Positions 1 to 14,385 of a stretch of 36,193 nt of DNA are shown here, one piece after another; position 1 is the stretch's first letter; each line of letters begins with the position of its first letter. The notes under the pieces are model-generated. The model was not told the origin of the DNA, searched no databases, and worked only from the letters and a program-made list of their open reading frames with translations. Position numbers and translations under genes: made by a program. This DNA is from Ministeria vibrans ATCC 50519 (taxonomy: Eukaryota; Protista; Filasterea), in contig CALSCP010001624.1 of NCBI GenBank assembly GCA_943704425.1, positions 1 to 36,193 on the forward strand, written 5' to 3'.

Positions 1-1070
1 TGTAGTCACGTATCATGTTTTTTTTGTCATGTCTGGCAGAGCAGTAATGTAGTAGACTAGTAGTCGTGTGCGTTTGGTCGTCTGTAGTGGTTTTGTGACT
101 TGCAGACGGGCGAGCTACGAGTTAGTGCGTCAAATTCCCTTCTGCGGTACCTCTCTTCTCCTGTATGACAGTGGTACGACAAATATGGCGCACAAATACA
201 AATGTACCTCCAGAAGTGTTACCTAGGGGTGGAAATGATTTGTATGGTCTGTGAACTGTGATCATCGCAAAGCGAGGCGGGGGATTGATCTGAGACTCGA
301 AAATGAGAGCAGAGTTCTGAAATCGGAACGATCAACGATTAACTTATTCTTTCGAATAATATAATTATATATTTTTTTAATATTTCTTTTACTTTTGTGT
401 TGCTACACATGGATGTGTACTCTTTTGATGACTAACGAGTCTTCACTTGCACAGATCTCCCCCCTTTTTCATTTCGTTATCTGAACACTGAAAAAATAAT
501 ACATTTCCGTTTACATCGCGAATTGAGCGCTTTCTTCCCATGCGCCGCTTCACGCAGCACGCTGGAGAGCGATGGGACAGTGCACTGGGGGCGGCAGCGG
601 CGTTCCCATAAAGCGGCGCTGTGTGTTTGAGTGTCCCTCGTGCGCTGACACGAACACACTTGATCGCTGCTGATTGTGGCGTTGCATCGCGCCTCTCGTC
701 CCCGCGACCACCTGATCCTGGGTAAGCATTGGTGTATCCTTGTAGTGCTCCCGTCCTTTTGTTGTATTGCGCCGTTTTCGCATCTTTTCCTTTGAGGACA
801 AAATCTTTTTTGTGTGTGTGTTAAAGCACACACAGAAGAGACGTTCAATGTTTTTGTTGGAGCGAGAGTGGCGCATAGATCATTTCCGTTACAAACCACC
901 CTCGAGTTTCAGTTTTTACGCAACAGATATTGAGGACTAACACCCGGAAACAACAAAACCTTTTCTTTGTAGGACACATCCCAGAGACAAAGAGTGTGTG
1001 TGATTCAAATACAATATAATGACAATGATGATTATTATTAAAAAATTTCTTTTGAAAACATTTTCATTTC

Positions 1071-4115
<3,045 letters not shown>

Positions 4116-4350
4116 CAGAGGAGTGGGAGAGAATCCTTTCATATCAGCTGTTAGGGTTGAAAATAAGGAGAGAGTCTAAATATTAAATATTTTATTGAAA
4201 AATGAAAAATGGAAAAAGAAATTAATTTGAACTTGAATAACAAATTTTTCTCAACAACTCAATAAAGAAATGTGCTGAGTGTTGTTTAGCAGTACGGCAC
4301 TCAGAATAGCGAGAGATGAGCGAGACACTTTGGGATTGTTCTCTTCCGCA

Positions 4351-4575
4351 ATGTTCGCTCTCTTTCTAGTTGGATACGGTCTCTTCCGCTGCATCACCTA
4401 CCCGTGCCGGTCCAGGGACGCCGAGCCCCACCCTGGGTTTGCGTGCAACGGCGGAGCCTGCTCGGCGAGCGCTCCAATGACGAAAGAGCCTTCAAAAGCG
4501 CCACTGCTCGAAAAGAGCCCTCCCCCGCCCGACCACGCACCCCCGGCGTACTCCAGCGATGCGCCAACATCGTAA
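4351..4575 (+). CDS. Putative 74-aa small protein with N-terminal hydrophobic segment and PPAY motif
   Basis: ATG at 4351 gives MFALFLVGYGLFRCITYPCRSRDAEPHPGFACNGGACSASAPMTKEPSKAPLLEKSPPPPDHAPPAYSSDAPTS*. GC-rich like neighbouring exons and divergent from ALDH3. No family recognised. Confidence 0.45.
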   Translation: MFALFLVGYGLFRCITYPCRSRDAEPHPGFACNGGACSASAPMTKEPSKAPLLEKSPPPPDHAPPAYSSDAPTS

Positions 4576-4855
4576 AGGGCTGTTGGTGGAAGGTACGTCG
4601 CCAGTTGGAGCACGTTTGAACGCATTTCACGTATGGGCTCACTTTGTGGTGTATTATTATGTGTGGTGTATTGCTATGTGTTTGTGTAGGAAGGAAGAAG
4701 ACAAGAAATGGCGATACGCTTGATGAAGCTTGTGACCAAAACCGACCCGAGAGGACTCCCGGTGGTTGTGAGTGGATGAACTCAATGCTGTTTGAAAATG
4801 TACCATTGTTTTTTGTTGATCTTTCTTCTCAAGACATGACTTTGTGTTTCAGTCT

Positions 4856-6592
4856 TTATTCTTCTCTCTCCTGTAACTCTTGTCGCTGCCTCTCAATAAT
4901 AGCGAGTTGCTCATCAAGACGTCTCTCCAATTCGGTTACTTCGACACGCCGAAGTCGCTCTGACTCGACGAGTTGCCCCTGACAACGCCCGAGCGCTGTG
5001 CGACACCTCGCGAGCGTCTCCGTGTTCGTTTGTTTCTTCTCTCCGTCCTCATCCTTATTCCGCGTGTCCCGTCGCACCTGTGCCTCCGCCTCACTTGCTC
5101 GCACTCGCTCCACACGCACACACTCCCTCAGGCGCTCCACCTCCGCCTGCATCCCTTTCCGCGTCGCACGCACACTTCTCTCCCGCGCCACTTCCATCAG
5201 TGCCATCTCGCGCGTCCGCGCTTTCTCCACCTGCGCCACTGTCTCCTCTGCTGCATTTGCCTTTCTCTGTTCCACCGCCATCTCCCTCTGCATCTTCTCC
5301 AGTGCCTCCTCGGCCTCCCTCACGCGCCTTCGCATCGTCTCTGTCTCGTCAACCAGTCGCCCCCGTTCTGTCTCCCACTCTTTCTCGCGCCCCTCCATTC
5401 GCTCTCGCACTGCCTTCAGTTCACTGCCAAGCGTCTCCTGTCGTGCCTGCGCCTCATTCTTTAAACTCTGCACTTCACGTGCGTGTGCGTCGCTCAGTCG
5501 TTGCATGGTCGTCCGTAGTGTCTCCATGTGTCGTCGATCCTCTTCATTTTTTGCCACCAGTCGCTCTACCTCCCCCACATCCACTCGCTCCTTTAGCTGG
5601 CCCACATCCCGCTTGCACATCTCCACCGCCTTCCGCAGTGCCTCTCCCGTCTCCTCTCGCTCCCTCTCCGCCTCCACCACCTCCTCCCGCAGCGCGCACT
5701 CTAGCTCACGTGCATCCGTCAGATCCTGTCCCATTCGCCCCAACTGCTCCTCCAGCTCTCGCACGCGCAACTGCGCCTCACCCAGCTCAATCCTCTGCGC
5801 ACTCATTTCACTGCTCATTTGTGCCAAGCGTTCCTCGTCAAGCGTCGTTCTCGTTGCATTCTCCTTTTCACTCTGTCTCGCCAACTACATGATTTGCATA
5901 AAAGACAAAGAGAAATCGGGTGTCAGAGTGTAAGGAACTAGTCTTAGTGTGAGGGACTTTTTTTGTTATTATTACTTCTTGTTCAAGAGTTGTGACTGCG
6001 ACGGTGAGCGAGACACAACGCATTTCGCTTTGACTCAGCTGTTGCCGCATCAGATCGACGCTCGCTGCAAGATTGTGATTCATCTCTCGAAGACGCTCCT
6101 CCTCGTCCGTGTTGCGTCGTTTGCGCGGGGTTGCCAAGCGCTCGGAGAGAGCACGAGCGGAGGAGAGCGTCTCAATGATCTGATGCATCGACGAAGATGT
6201 CTCCGCCTTCTTCGGCGCAGTCTCTTTCTCTCGAACAGTCGTGTTTATGCACACATTTGGGAGTGTTTCATCTTTCAATGCGGCGCGTTTCTTCGCAGAA
6301 GGCACCTGTGTGTCAGTGGCGAGTCAGATTGAATTCAAAAATATTCAAATTCGTATTACGGGTTTCGTTTTTGCCTTTTGAGGTCCCACGTTTGCTACTG
6401 AGGATGTAGGACGCGAGTTGAACACAACAGTACGTGCTGTGGCTGCTCGGCGCCTGGGTAGAGTACAAGACGAGAGGCATTAGATCTGTCAGTCATTGAC
6501 AGCAATATCTAATGTTACCCTTGCGGAACTCGCCCAAGCGCGACAGGCGCTGAGATCGTTGGGCCGGTGTATTTTGAAGGATTTGAATTCAT
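4856..6592 (-). CDS. Long coiled-coil protein of unknown function (4 exons)
   Basis: ATG 6592 MNSNPSKYTGPTISAPVALGRVPQG|RRAATARTVVFNSRP...KTKP|VPSAKKRAAL...TTLEQE|LARQSEKENATR... then a 342-codon E/R/K-rich heptad exon to the stop at 4856. Introns GT-AG and in phase. Confidence 0.75.
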
Positions 6593-6704
6593 AAGTGTGT
6601 GGTACGGTGGTATTATCTGTTAACTGTTAACTGTTAACCTGACAAATCTGTGCGTGTGTGTGAAATGTGAATAATATTCATTGATATTACATTAGACACT
6701 TTCA

Positions 6705-7953
6705 ATGATCATCCTTGTCGTTCTCGCCGCAGCCTCACTCAGCACTGCTGCATCACTGTCGTGCGCTTCAACACCATTGTCTGCGTCCGACTATGCATGT
6801 GTTGCGGTGGATGTGCTGCAGCAGCGGTGGTGGGAGCCGATTCCGGCCAAGTGGAAAGGTGTTTGGGTGCAGTGCTCCTCTCTGCCCTTGTCTTGACGCT
6901 TTTGTCTCTGCTAGACACGGGATTCTGGAACTGTGGCAACAGCCTTGAAGTCGTGTGTAATTTTTGTCTCTACGAAAATCGCACTGGTAAGAAGAAAAAA
7001 AGACCGAAGTGAACTTTTGTGTTCCTTCTTTGACCGTTTCCCTTTGTAGACCTCCTGGAGGAAATCAACGCCGTTCACGAGCGCCGGCCGGCCGATGTGG
7101 TTGAAGCATTTGCCAACGGGAGCTGGGACGACTCGCAGTGGTGGGTGCTGGCCTATCTGCGAGGCTATGAGCTGACTGGGAAGGACTCCTTTCTGCGCGA
7201 CGCAAAAACGGTCCGCTGAATTTCTCCTCTTCTCTTGTGCCTTGTTGATTGGTTCGCATACTTATTTAGGTCTTTGATCATGTGTGGGAGAAAGCTTGGG
7301 ACACGGGTACGTGTGGTGGCGGAATGTGGTGGTCAAGCAAGAACAGCTACAAGAATGCCATAACAAACGAACTGGCGATTATGTCGGCAGCCAAACTGTA
7401 CCGTCTGACCAACGAGAGTGTCTACCAACAACGCGCATGGACCGCCTGGAGATGGTTTGAGCAGAGTGGCATGATCAATGGCGATTCGCTTATCAACGAC
7501 GGACTGGACGCGCACTGCAAGAACAATGGTGGCAACACTTGGACGTACAATCAAGGAGTGATTCTAGGCGGTCTCGCAGAGCTCTCTGTGATCTACAAGA
7601 ACTCAACACTGGTGCACATTGCAAGTGACATTGCTGCAGCAGTCCAAGCGCACCTCACCACGCCAGAGGGTATTCTGCACGAGCCCAATTACACGGGCGG
7701 TCGTGACGGAGAGCAGTTCAAAGGCATTTACGTGCGCTATTTGCACTACATGAGTAAGTTGGTCCCGTCCGACATGCCACAACAGCCCACATGGCGCAAC
7801 TTCTTGCGCACACAAAGCACAGCAGTGTGGACACACGCACGCAACACGACCACAAATTGCTTTGGGGTGCTTTGGGAAGGACCACCCAGTGCCTCTCCGC
7901 CTGCACCCACACCGCAGACTTCGGCCATTGATGCATTCCTCAGTGCTCTTTAA
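6705..7953 (+). CDS. Secreted glycoside hydrolase family 76 (alpha-1,6-mannanase-like), 4 exons
   Basis: Signal peptide MIILVVLAAASLSTAA. Catalytic-type motif SWDDSQWWVLAYLRGYELTG, plus CGGGMWW, YKNAITNEL, INDG, WTYNQGVILGGL and QFKGIYVRYL, all typical GH76 motifs. Confidence 0.93.
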
Positions 7954-8234
7954 GCTTATTGGGGGAGTCTTTGTGTATCTGTTGTGTGTGTGCGTTTTCT
8001 GACCTGTCGCTGTGTGTGGTTGTGCGTTAATTTCGATTAGACTAGACACAGTGTATTATTGTACACTTCTTTTTTGATTGGTTCTTCAGTGTGTGTGTGT
8101 GTGTGAGTGTGTGTGTCACTTTAGAAAGGGATAGAGGGACCCTTTTCGGCCGTCATCCACTGCCTCCTATGCAAAAAAAAATCATGAAACCCAAAGAATG
8201 TACAAAGTGTGAGTTCTGGGGACATAGTTGCACT

Positions 8235-8475
8235 TCACTGTACCTGAGTAAGTGTTCTAAACTGTTGTAAGGTGCGCAGCGACTCTGACAACTGACCAAG
8301 AGCGTTAAAAATGGACACCACCTCAGTGCGTCTGAGGTTGAGCAAACGGTTGTACACTCGTGCATTCACATGCGGGTCAATTCCCTTGTGTTGCATTGCC
8401 GAGTCCGCAAAGAGGATTTTGAGTGCTGTTGCGACCCCTTGCGCTTGAAGTTTGCCCCACATTTTGCACTGTACG

Positions 8476-8547
<72 letters not shown>

Positions 8548-10233
8548 GAGTCAGAATAAGAAAGAGACAAAAAAAAACAGAGAAATAAGAGTGAGCAATA
8601 AATGCAATAGACGTACCTTTGTACAACCAACACAGTCCATGATGCGAGTGATGTTCTTAAACCGATCGCGAAACTCGCGTCTCAGCGTCTCGGCCGTCTC
8701 TCGATCCCCATGTGCAAACAGACGATACTCGTCAAAGGTACCTGGACAGCTCTCCGCGACCGCAAGTACATCCTGACACACAAACCAGTGTGAAACGCAA
8801 ATTGATACTATCACTCATTCACCCTCAAACGCACTCAAAACGCGCATACTCATCACTCACACACCACATTCTCATTCTCAACATATTTCACACAGGGACT
8901 CATTATTACAAAAACGACTCTTTCTCTCTCTCTCTATCACTTCGTTTTGTTTTCTTCCTCCATTCTCCCTCTCTTTCTCACTTTGCTTTTACCTGCAAAA
9001 GCGCACTGGTCTTCTGGTCCTCCTCCGAGTCACCGGTGAAGAACTGGTACCGTTTCCACACGGGATTCGCCTTGATGATCGCCCGCAACACCAGTGCGTA
9101 CAGTGTGTAAATGTTCTTCACCCAAGTCGGTCCTTCTCCGTGTGTCTACAAAAGAAAAAACTCAAATTTTAGACGCACGCTTTGTGTCTTTCTTCTTTGA
9201 CCTTTGTAGGACCAAAGCGCTCGAGAAACAGATTCAGATTGGGGCCCCACGAGTCAGTCGTGCGGTCGTAGTGCTGTGCGCATGAGTGGACGTTGATGGA
9301 CGCGTGCATGCCTGAGATGATGCGGTAGAAGATGCGCTTCTCAACGCACATTTCGGGAAGCACTGTGCTCATGGCGACGTAAGGGTTCTCGGCGGTGCGT
9401 TTGCGCTGAATAATGTCGCTCACGTTGAAGCAGTTCTCTTTGTAGATTGCCATCCAGATCGTTTGAGCGCTTCCGCCCGCATAGCCCGTGAACCGTTCTG
9501 GGTTCTTGCGCAGATCGACGTAGCGCAGACCCGTTGAAGGGTTCACAAAGGCCGTGGTGCTGGACGTCTCTTCGCTCTCCTGGTCCAACTCGCAGTATGT
9601 ATCGTCTTCGCTCTCGTCGTGCGCACGCCATTCGTTCACCATGCGTCCTTCGTCGTCCGTCAGGTGCGTCACATCGAGTTCCCCCAACTCTTTGGCTCTC
9701 TGGAACGCATCGCAATTGTCTCTGAGGGTCTCGGCGTGCTCCGCCTTGAACGCATCGGGGATCTCGTCGGATGCACAACTCTGCACTTCGCACCCTTTCG
9801 CAAGGCATTTCGCGTCGTGACGCCAGTACGGACAGGGTCGGTCAAGATTGACCTGAGCCACACGCAACAGCAAAGGGATCAGTGCCACAGGCTCAGCACG
9901 CATACAGTCTCTCGCGTACCTGGTACAGTCGAAAGTACATCCGATGAAGCAGCTCGTCGAGACGCGGGCCCAGCCGCTCGGCGTTGAGTCGTTCGAGTGT
10001 CATATAGTCACAGCAACAGTCGTCAATGGTTCCTGCAATGTGCACACACAATCACACACCGCTCAGCCACTTCCCCCCTCCCCGCTGCCCACTCGCTTAC
10101 CGCTGATCGAACAAAAACACTTGTCTCGCTCCACATCCGCATTCTCATACGCAGGCGGGCCCTCGCTAGGCGGTGAGCCCCGCGCAAAAGGAGCGAGTGC
10201 CACGAAGGCAAATAGAATAATACCCAATCGCAT
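8235..10233 (-). CDS. ERO1: Endoplasmic reticulum oxidoreductin 1
   Basis: Signal peptide [19 protein letters not shown]; CFCSISG|TIDDCCCD; [21 protein letters not shown]; [14 protein letters not shown]; [21 protein letters not shown]; [10 protein letters not shown]|CKMWGKLQ (CxxCxxC); [19 protein letters not shown]. Confidence 0.97.
8481..8543. repeat. (GT)n microsatellite in the last ERO1 intron
   Basis: Visible directly. Confidence 0.97.
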
Positions 10234-10424
10234 GGCGGACCGATCGATTTCTGAGATGCCGGCACGTCCAGCAAGAAGTGTCAAAAACACACGGTATTTG
10301 ATCACACACCGGTGCGTGTCTTCTTCAGGGTAAGGCAAACGTTAAAAGAAGTGTCAATTTCAATTATCAAAGTCAAATTATTATCATCTTAATCAATTGA
10401 TTATTTGTTTCCCTTGCTTGTGGC

Positions 10425-10869
10425 ATGGGTCAAACCGGAAGCACCCCTGAGGACATCCTTAAGGCGGTCGAGGCTGATGTGCATCGTGGTCAGTTGAAAC
10501 TTTCGTAAGTTCAAAAACTCTCTCTTTCCCTTCTGTCCTTCACTCGTTCGCCGCCACACCCCAACTACGCCCCCTCTCTACTTCCCCTTGCTCTTCCTTG
10601 CCAGCCCCTTTCGCGCGTTTGGCTCTCACGTCGTTTCCTCCACTTTTTTTTTTTTTTTTCTACTTCGTCATCTTTGTCGATCCTCACTCGTCTCATCGCG
10701 ACACGCCGCCTCTCCCACACCAATGCATGCGCTTCAGCACTTCATTTTTCCATGATCTCATTCCGCTCTCGCCTCTCGCCTCTTCCTGTTTTCCCCGTTT
10801 TGTGTGTAACAAAATCGGGTTTCTAAAAAAAAACTCATCGATCGTCACACACACACACACACACACACA

Positions 10870-10910
<41 letters not shown>

Positions 10911-11050
10911 GCCCTCGTCTTTCCTGCATCCTCTCTCCGCAGCGGCTACCTACTTCAAGCGGTGCCTGTTCGGGTCTACGAACTCGACCGTCTTACGTAC
11001 ATTGATCTCAGCTGTAACATGCTGACAAAAGGTAATAATGATCATTGTTA

Positions 11051-11107
<57 letters not shown>

Positions 11108-14100
11108 ATCTTGTGTGTTTTTGTCGCACTCACTTCTCTACTCCCCCCCTATTTTAGTCCATTCCAAACTCTACCAACTTCCTCACCTGCAAATGCTCGA
11201 TCTCAGCTTCAATGCACTCACTACGCTTCCTTATGCGCTCGGCTCAATGCAGCAGCTTGTCATTCTCCAACTCCAACACAACTTTCTTCGATCTCTGCCC
11301 GACGAAATCTGTCTGCTCCGCTCTCTCTCCGAACTCAACGTCTCTAGCAACGAGGTACAACCACCCCCTCTAAATTATATATATATACCAACACCCACCT
11401 TTTCTTTTTAGCTGGTGCGTCTTCCCGAGCGACTGGGCTACCTGGAGAACGTCCGTCGATTCGACTGCAGTCGCAACCGCCTACAGGCTCTGCCCATTTC
11501 CATGTGCAAAATGCGCAACCTCGACATCCTTCTTGCCTTTGAAAACCCCTTCATTGACCTTCCCGACCACACCATCGAACGAGGTACTGCCGAAATCCTC
11601 TTGTACATGTGCGAACAAGAGATTGCTGGAACAGGTATCAAGCAAAACGACGATCAAATGGAATTTTATTACCTTTTTTGATCTTGTTGTTTAGTGCCGA
11701 AAGTGGACGAAGGAGCAGGAGAGGGAGCAGGCAACCGTAAATCGGCCGCGTCAGGAGCGGGCGTGAGGACAAGCAGCAGTGGCGGCGGTACATACTCGCC
11801 GGCTGCGGTGCGCATGCTGGTCGCGTCGGAGGGTAGCCACTCCAACACGTCCCTTGGCGAACTTGAAGAGGTCGCGCTGAACCACAGTGTTGGCGAGCTC
11901 GATATAAGCAGCGCTGCCAACACCACCGCCAACAAAAACAATGGGACGCTCAGTCCAGCTTCGTCTCCCCGTCTCAATCGCAAACAGCGAGACCGCATCA
12001 AGCAGATCACAACCTCCTTTGCGCCGAGTACTGTAAACTCGTTTCATGGCCTTGACGTCTCCGACTTTCCTCCAGGCGCATTTGCCTCAGTATATCACAA
12101 CATAGTTGGTGTTTTCATGGGCCTCACACAATGCCTTTTTTTTGTTTTAGCCTCGGACGTCGCTTGAGCCTCCACAGCCAGCGCACTCACGCAACGCAAC
12201 GGTAAGAATTTTGTATTATTATTATTTTTATTATTTTTATTAATATTATTTGTTAGCCACGCATCTCGCTCGAGCCACCGCGCGCAGGAGTCACAGGTGC
12301 ATCGTCACGTCTCTCGGGGACCGTCGACGAAGAAGGGGAAGGAGAAGAAGAGGAATGGCAAGGGGGGAGTAGCGGTGCTGCATCCAAGGCGGCGATTGTG
12401 GCAAGGGGTAACGCTGTCTCTAGTAGTGGTACTGAAGGTGGTGGGGATGAAGATGCCTTTGCTCAGCGACGGCGCTTGGAGGAGGATGCGGATGTGCGTC
12501 GCAAGAAGGATCAGCAGAGGGCGCGCGACGAGGCCTCACCGCAGCAGATTACCAAAATTCAGTTGATCAAACCTGACGATCAGGTGCCCCCGAAGAAGAA
12601 GCCCGTGTCCAAGGAGCCGTCGGCCGAGCGGCCCGGGCAGCGTCCCAAACTTACCGACTCGCTGTTCTCGCCCATGGGCAATGGAAATGGGCCCGACAAT
12701 GGCGATAACGACGGTGTCAATCTCACCGACACAGCCGACTTTCGTGGCGCTTTTGGAGCTCCATCACGCGCGGCTACTCCACAAAAAGCAGCACCGCAGC
12801 AACAGAAAAAGCAACAGCCGAAGAAGAGCAGCAGCGGGAATGGCATGTCTGCCGCCGACTTTAATGCGGCCTTCTCGACCAAACAGAATGGTGCCATTGC
12901 GGGACTCGACATGGACGACTTCCCGCTCGATGCCTTTGACGATGATCGCATTGGGGGACAGGAGGCGCCGGCGGTGGCTGCGTCGTCTAGCTCACACACG
13001 GTACTCACGGCGTCTGTGCTGGACGGGGCAACGCCGCAGAAGGCAGTGCGCAAGGGCAAGTTGAGCAAACGGGAGAGTGCGGCCGAGGCACTGGCCCTTG
13101 AGGAGTTGCAGAAGCTCAAGGAACAGGAACAGCGCGAGTTGAGGTCGCGCGTGGCGCGTGAGAAGCGCGAACGTCTTGAACAAGAGGAACGCGATGCGGA
13201 GATTAAGCGACTGGAGCAGGAGGAGGAGTCACTGAAGAGGGAGCTGCGGGAGTTTCGCGAGTCGAAGCGCGTCGCTGGCGTACCCACACCGACATCGCCA
13301 CACGTGAAGATAGCCGAGTCGAGGAAGAAGGCGGGGGAAGACGATGCGGAGTGGACGGACGAAGAAGAAGTGGAGGAGGAGCCGCAGTTGATCAAGCCAA
13401 AGCGACTTAATCGCAAACCGACTTTGCCGCTACTGCCACCAGGCGGAGTCCTGATGCGCAAGACGGGGACGCGCGACGAGTCGGGAGACATTCTTTTCGA
13501 GAAGAAGAAGGATGAAGGTGCAGATCGCGATGAAGAAGAGGCACGTGCGGCCGGCTGGAAGTCGGAGATGGAGGAGCGCAGGAACAAGCGCTCGTCCAAG
13601 GTGGCGCAGCTGGGCCCGCCTCCGACTGAGCTGCCACCTCCACCACCGCCTCCCGTTGCCCCTCCGAGTGCTGCAGCGAGCAGCAGCAGCAGCAGCAGCA
13701 ACAACAACACTGGGCCTGCACCGCCACCGCCGCCCTCCACACCACCGCCGGCGCGTGCCTTGAGCCGTGCACCCAACACGGAAGAAGAGGATCGCATTGA
13801 GGCGTTCCTGAATCGACCGGCGCTCACAACTGCCCACATGACGGACAAGGAGCGCAAGAAGCAAGCTAAGGAGATGGAAAAGGAGCGCAAGCGTGCCGAG
13901 AAGGCTAAAAAAGTCGACGTAAAGAAAAAGGGCAAGGGCAAGGCGGCTCCGCCCCAGACGGGCGCTGCCCAAGCAGCAGCACTCGCATCATCCAAGTCCA
14001 GCAGCAATGCGCCTTTGTCGGCCAAGGAAAAGAAGAAGCGCAAGGCCGAGTTGGATCGGATCTTTCTAGAAGATCAGGCGAGGAAACGTGAGTTGGCGGC

Positions 14101-14113
14101 GAGGGGTCTGTAA
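10425..14113 (+). CDS. Leucine-rich-repeat protein with predicted N-myristoylation motif and a long disordered/coiled-coil/Pro-rich C-terminus (7 exons)
   Basis: ATG 10425 MGQTGSTPEDILKAVEADVHRGQLKLS|GYLLQAVPVRVYELDRLTYIDLSCNMLTK|...LQMLDLSFNALTTLP...LQLQHNFLRSLPDEI...LNVSSNE|LVRLPERLG...DCSRNRLQALP...AFENPF. Exons starting at about 11694, 12151 and 12257 splice in phase to the long last exon ending at 14113. Confidence 0.85.
11051..11106. repeat. (TAT)n microsatellite in an intron
   Basis: Visible directly. Confidence 0.95.
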
Positions 14114-14385
14114 TTTTTCTTCTTTTTTTACAGTGTAAATTAAGGCGTCATTAACTCGACACCAGTAAAACGTGAATATTATTATTATTATAATGACAGA
14201 TGACTTTCATTTTATTATTGTTGATTTCAATGCCAATAACATGAGAAATACACACAAAAAAGCAGCACAATGCTTCCGCCGTAGATTTCCAAACGGGAAT
14301 GACCCGAGAGAATCCCACAGACCCGCAGATACACACAAAAATAGGAGTGTATGAGAGGAAACAATAAATTAAGAATGATATATCG

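Noticed and set aside
705-750. ACCTGATCCTGGGTAAG resembling the TPP riboswitch 3' half, or a U1 snRNA 5' end on the minus strand
   Set aside because: No upstream CTGAGA, the P5 stem cannot pair and there is no AGGGA. The U1-like match has mismatches in the invariant 5' sequence and no convincing Sm site.
12580-14043. 487-aa antisense ORF (and similar antisense ORFs at 4998-5933 and 26375-26992)
   Set aside because: Mirror frames of GC-rich, low-complexity coding exons with no independent protein features.
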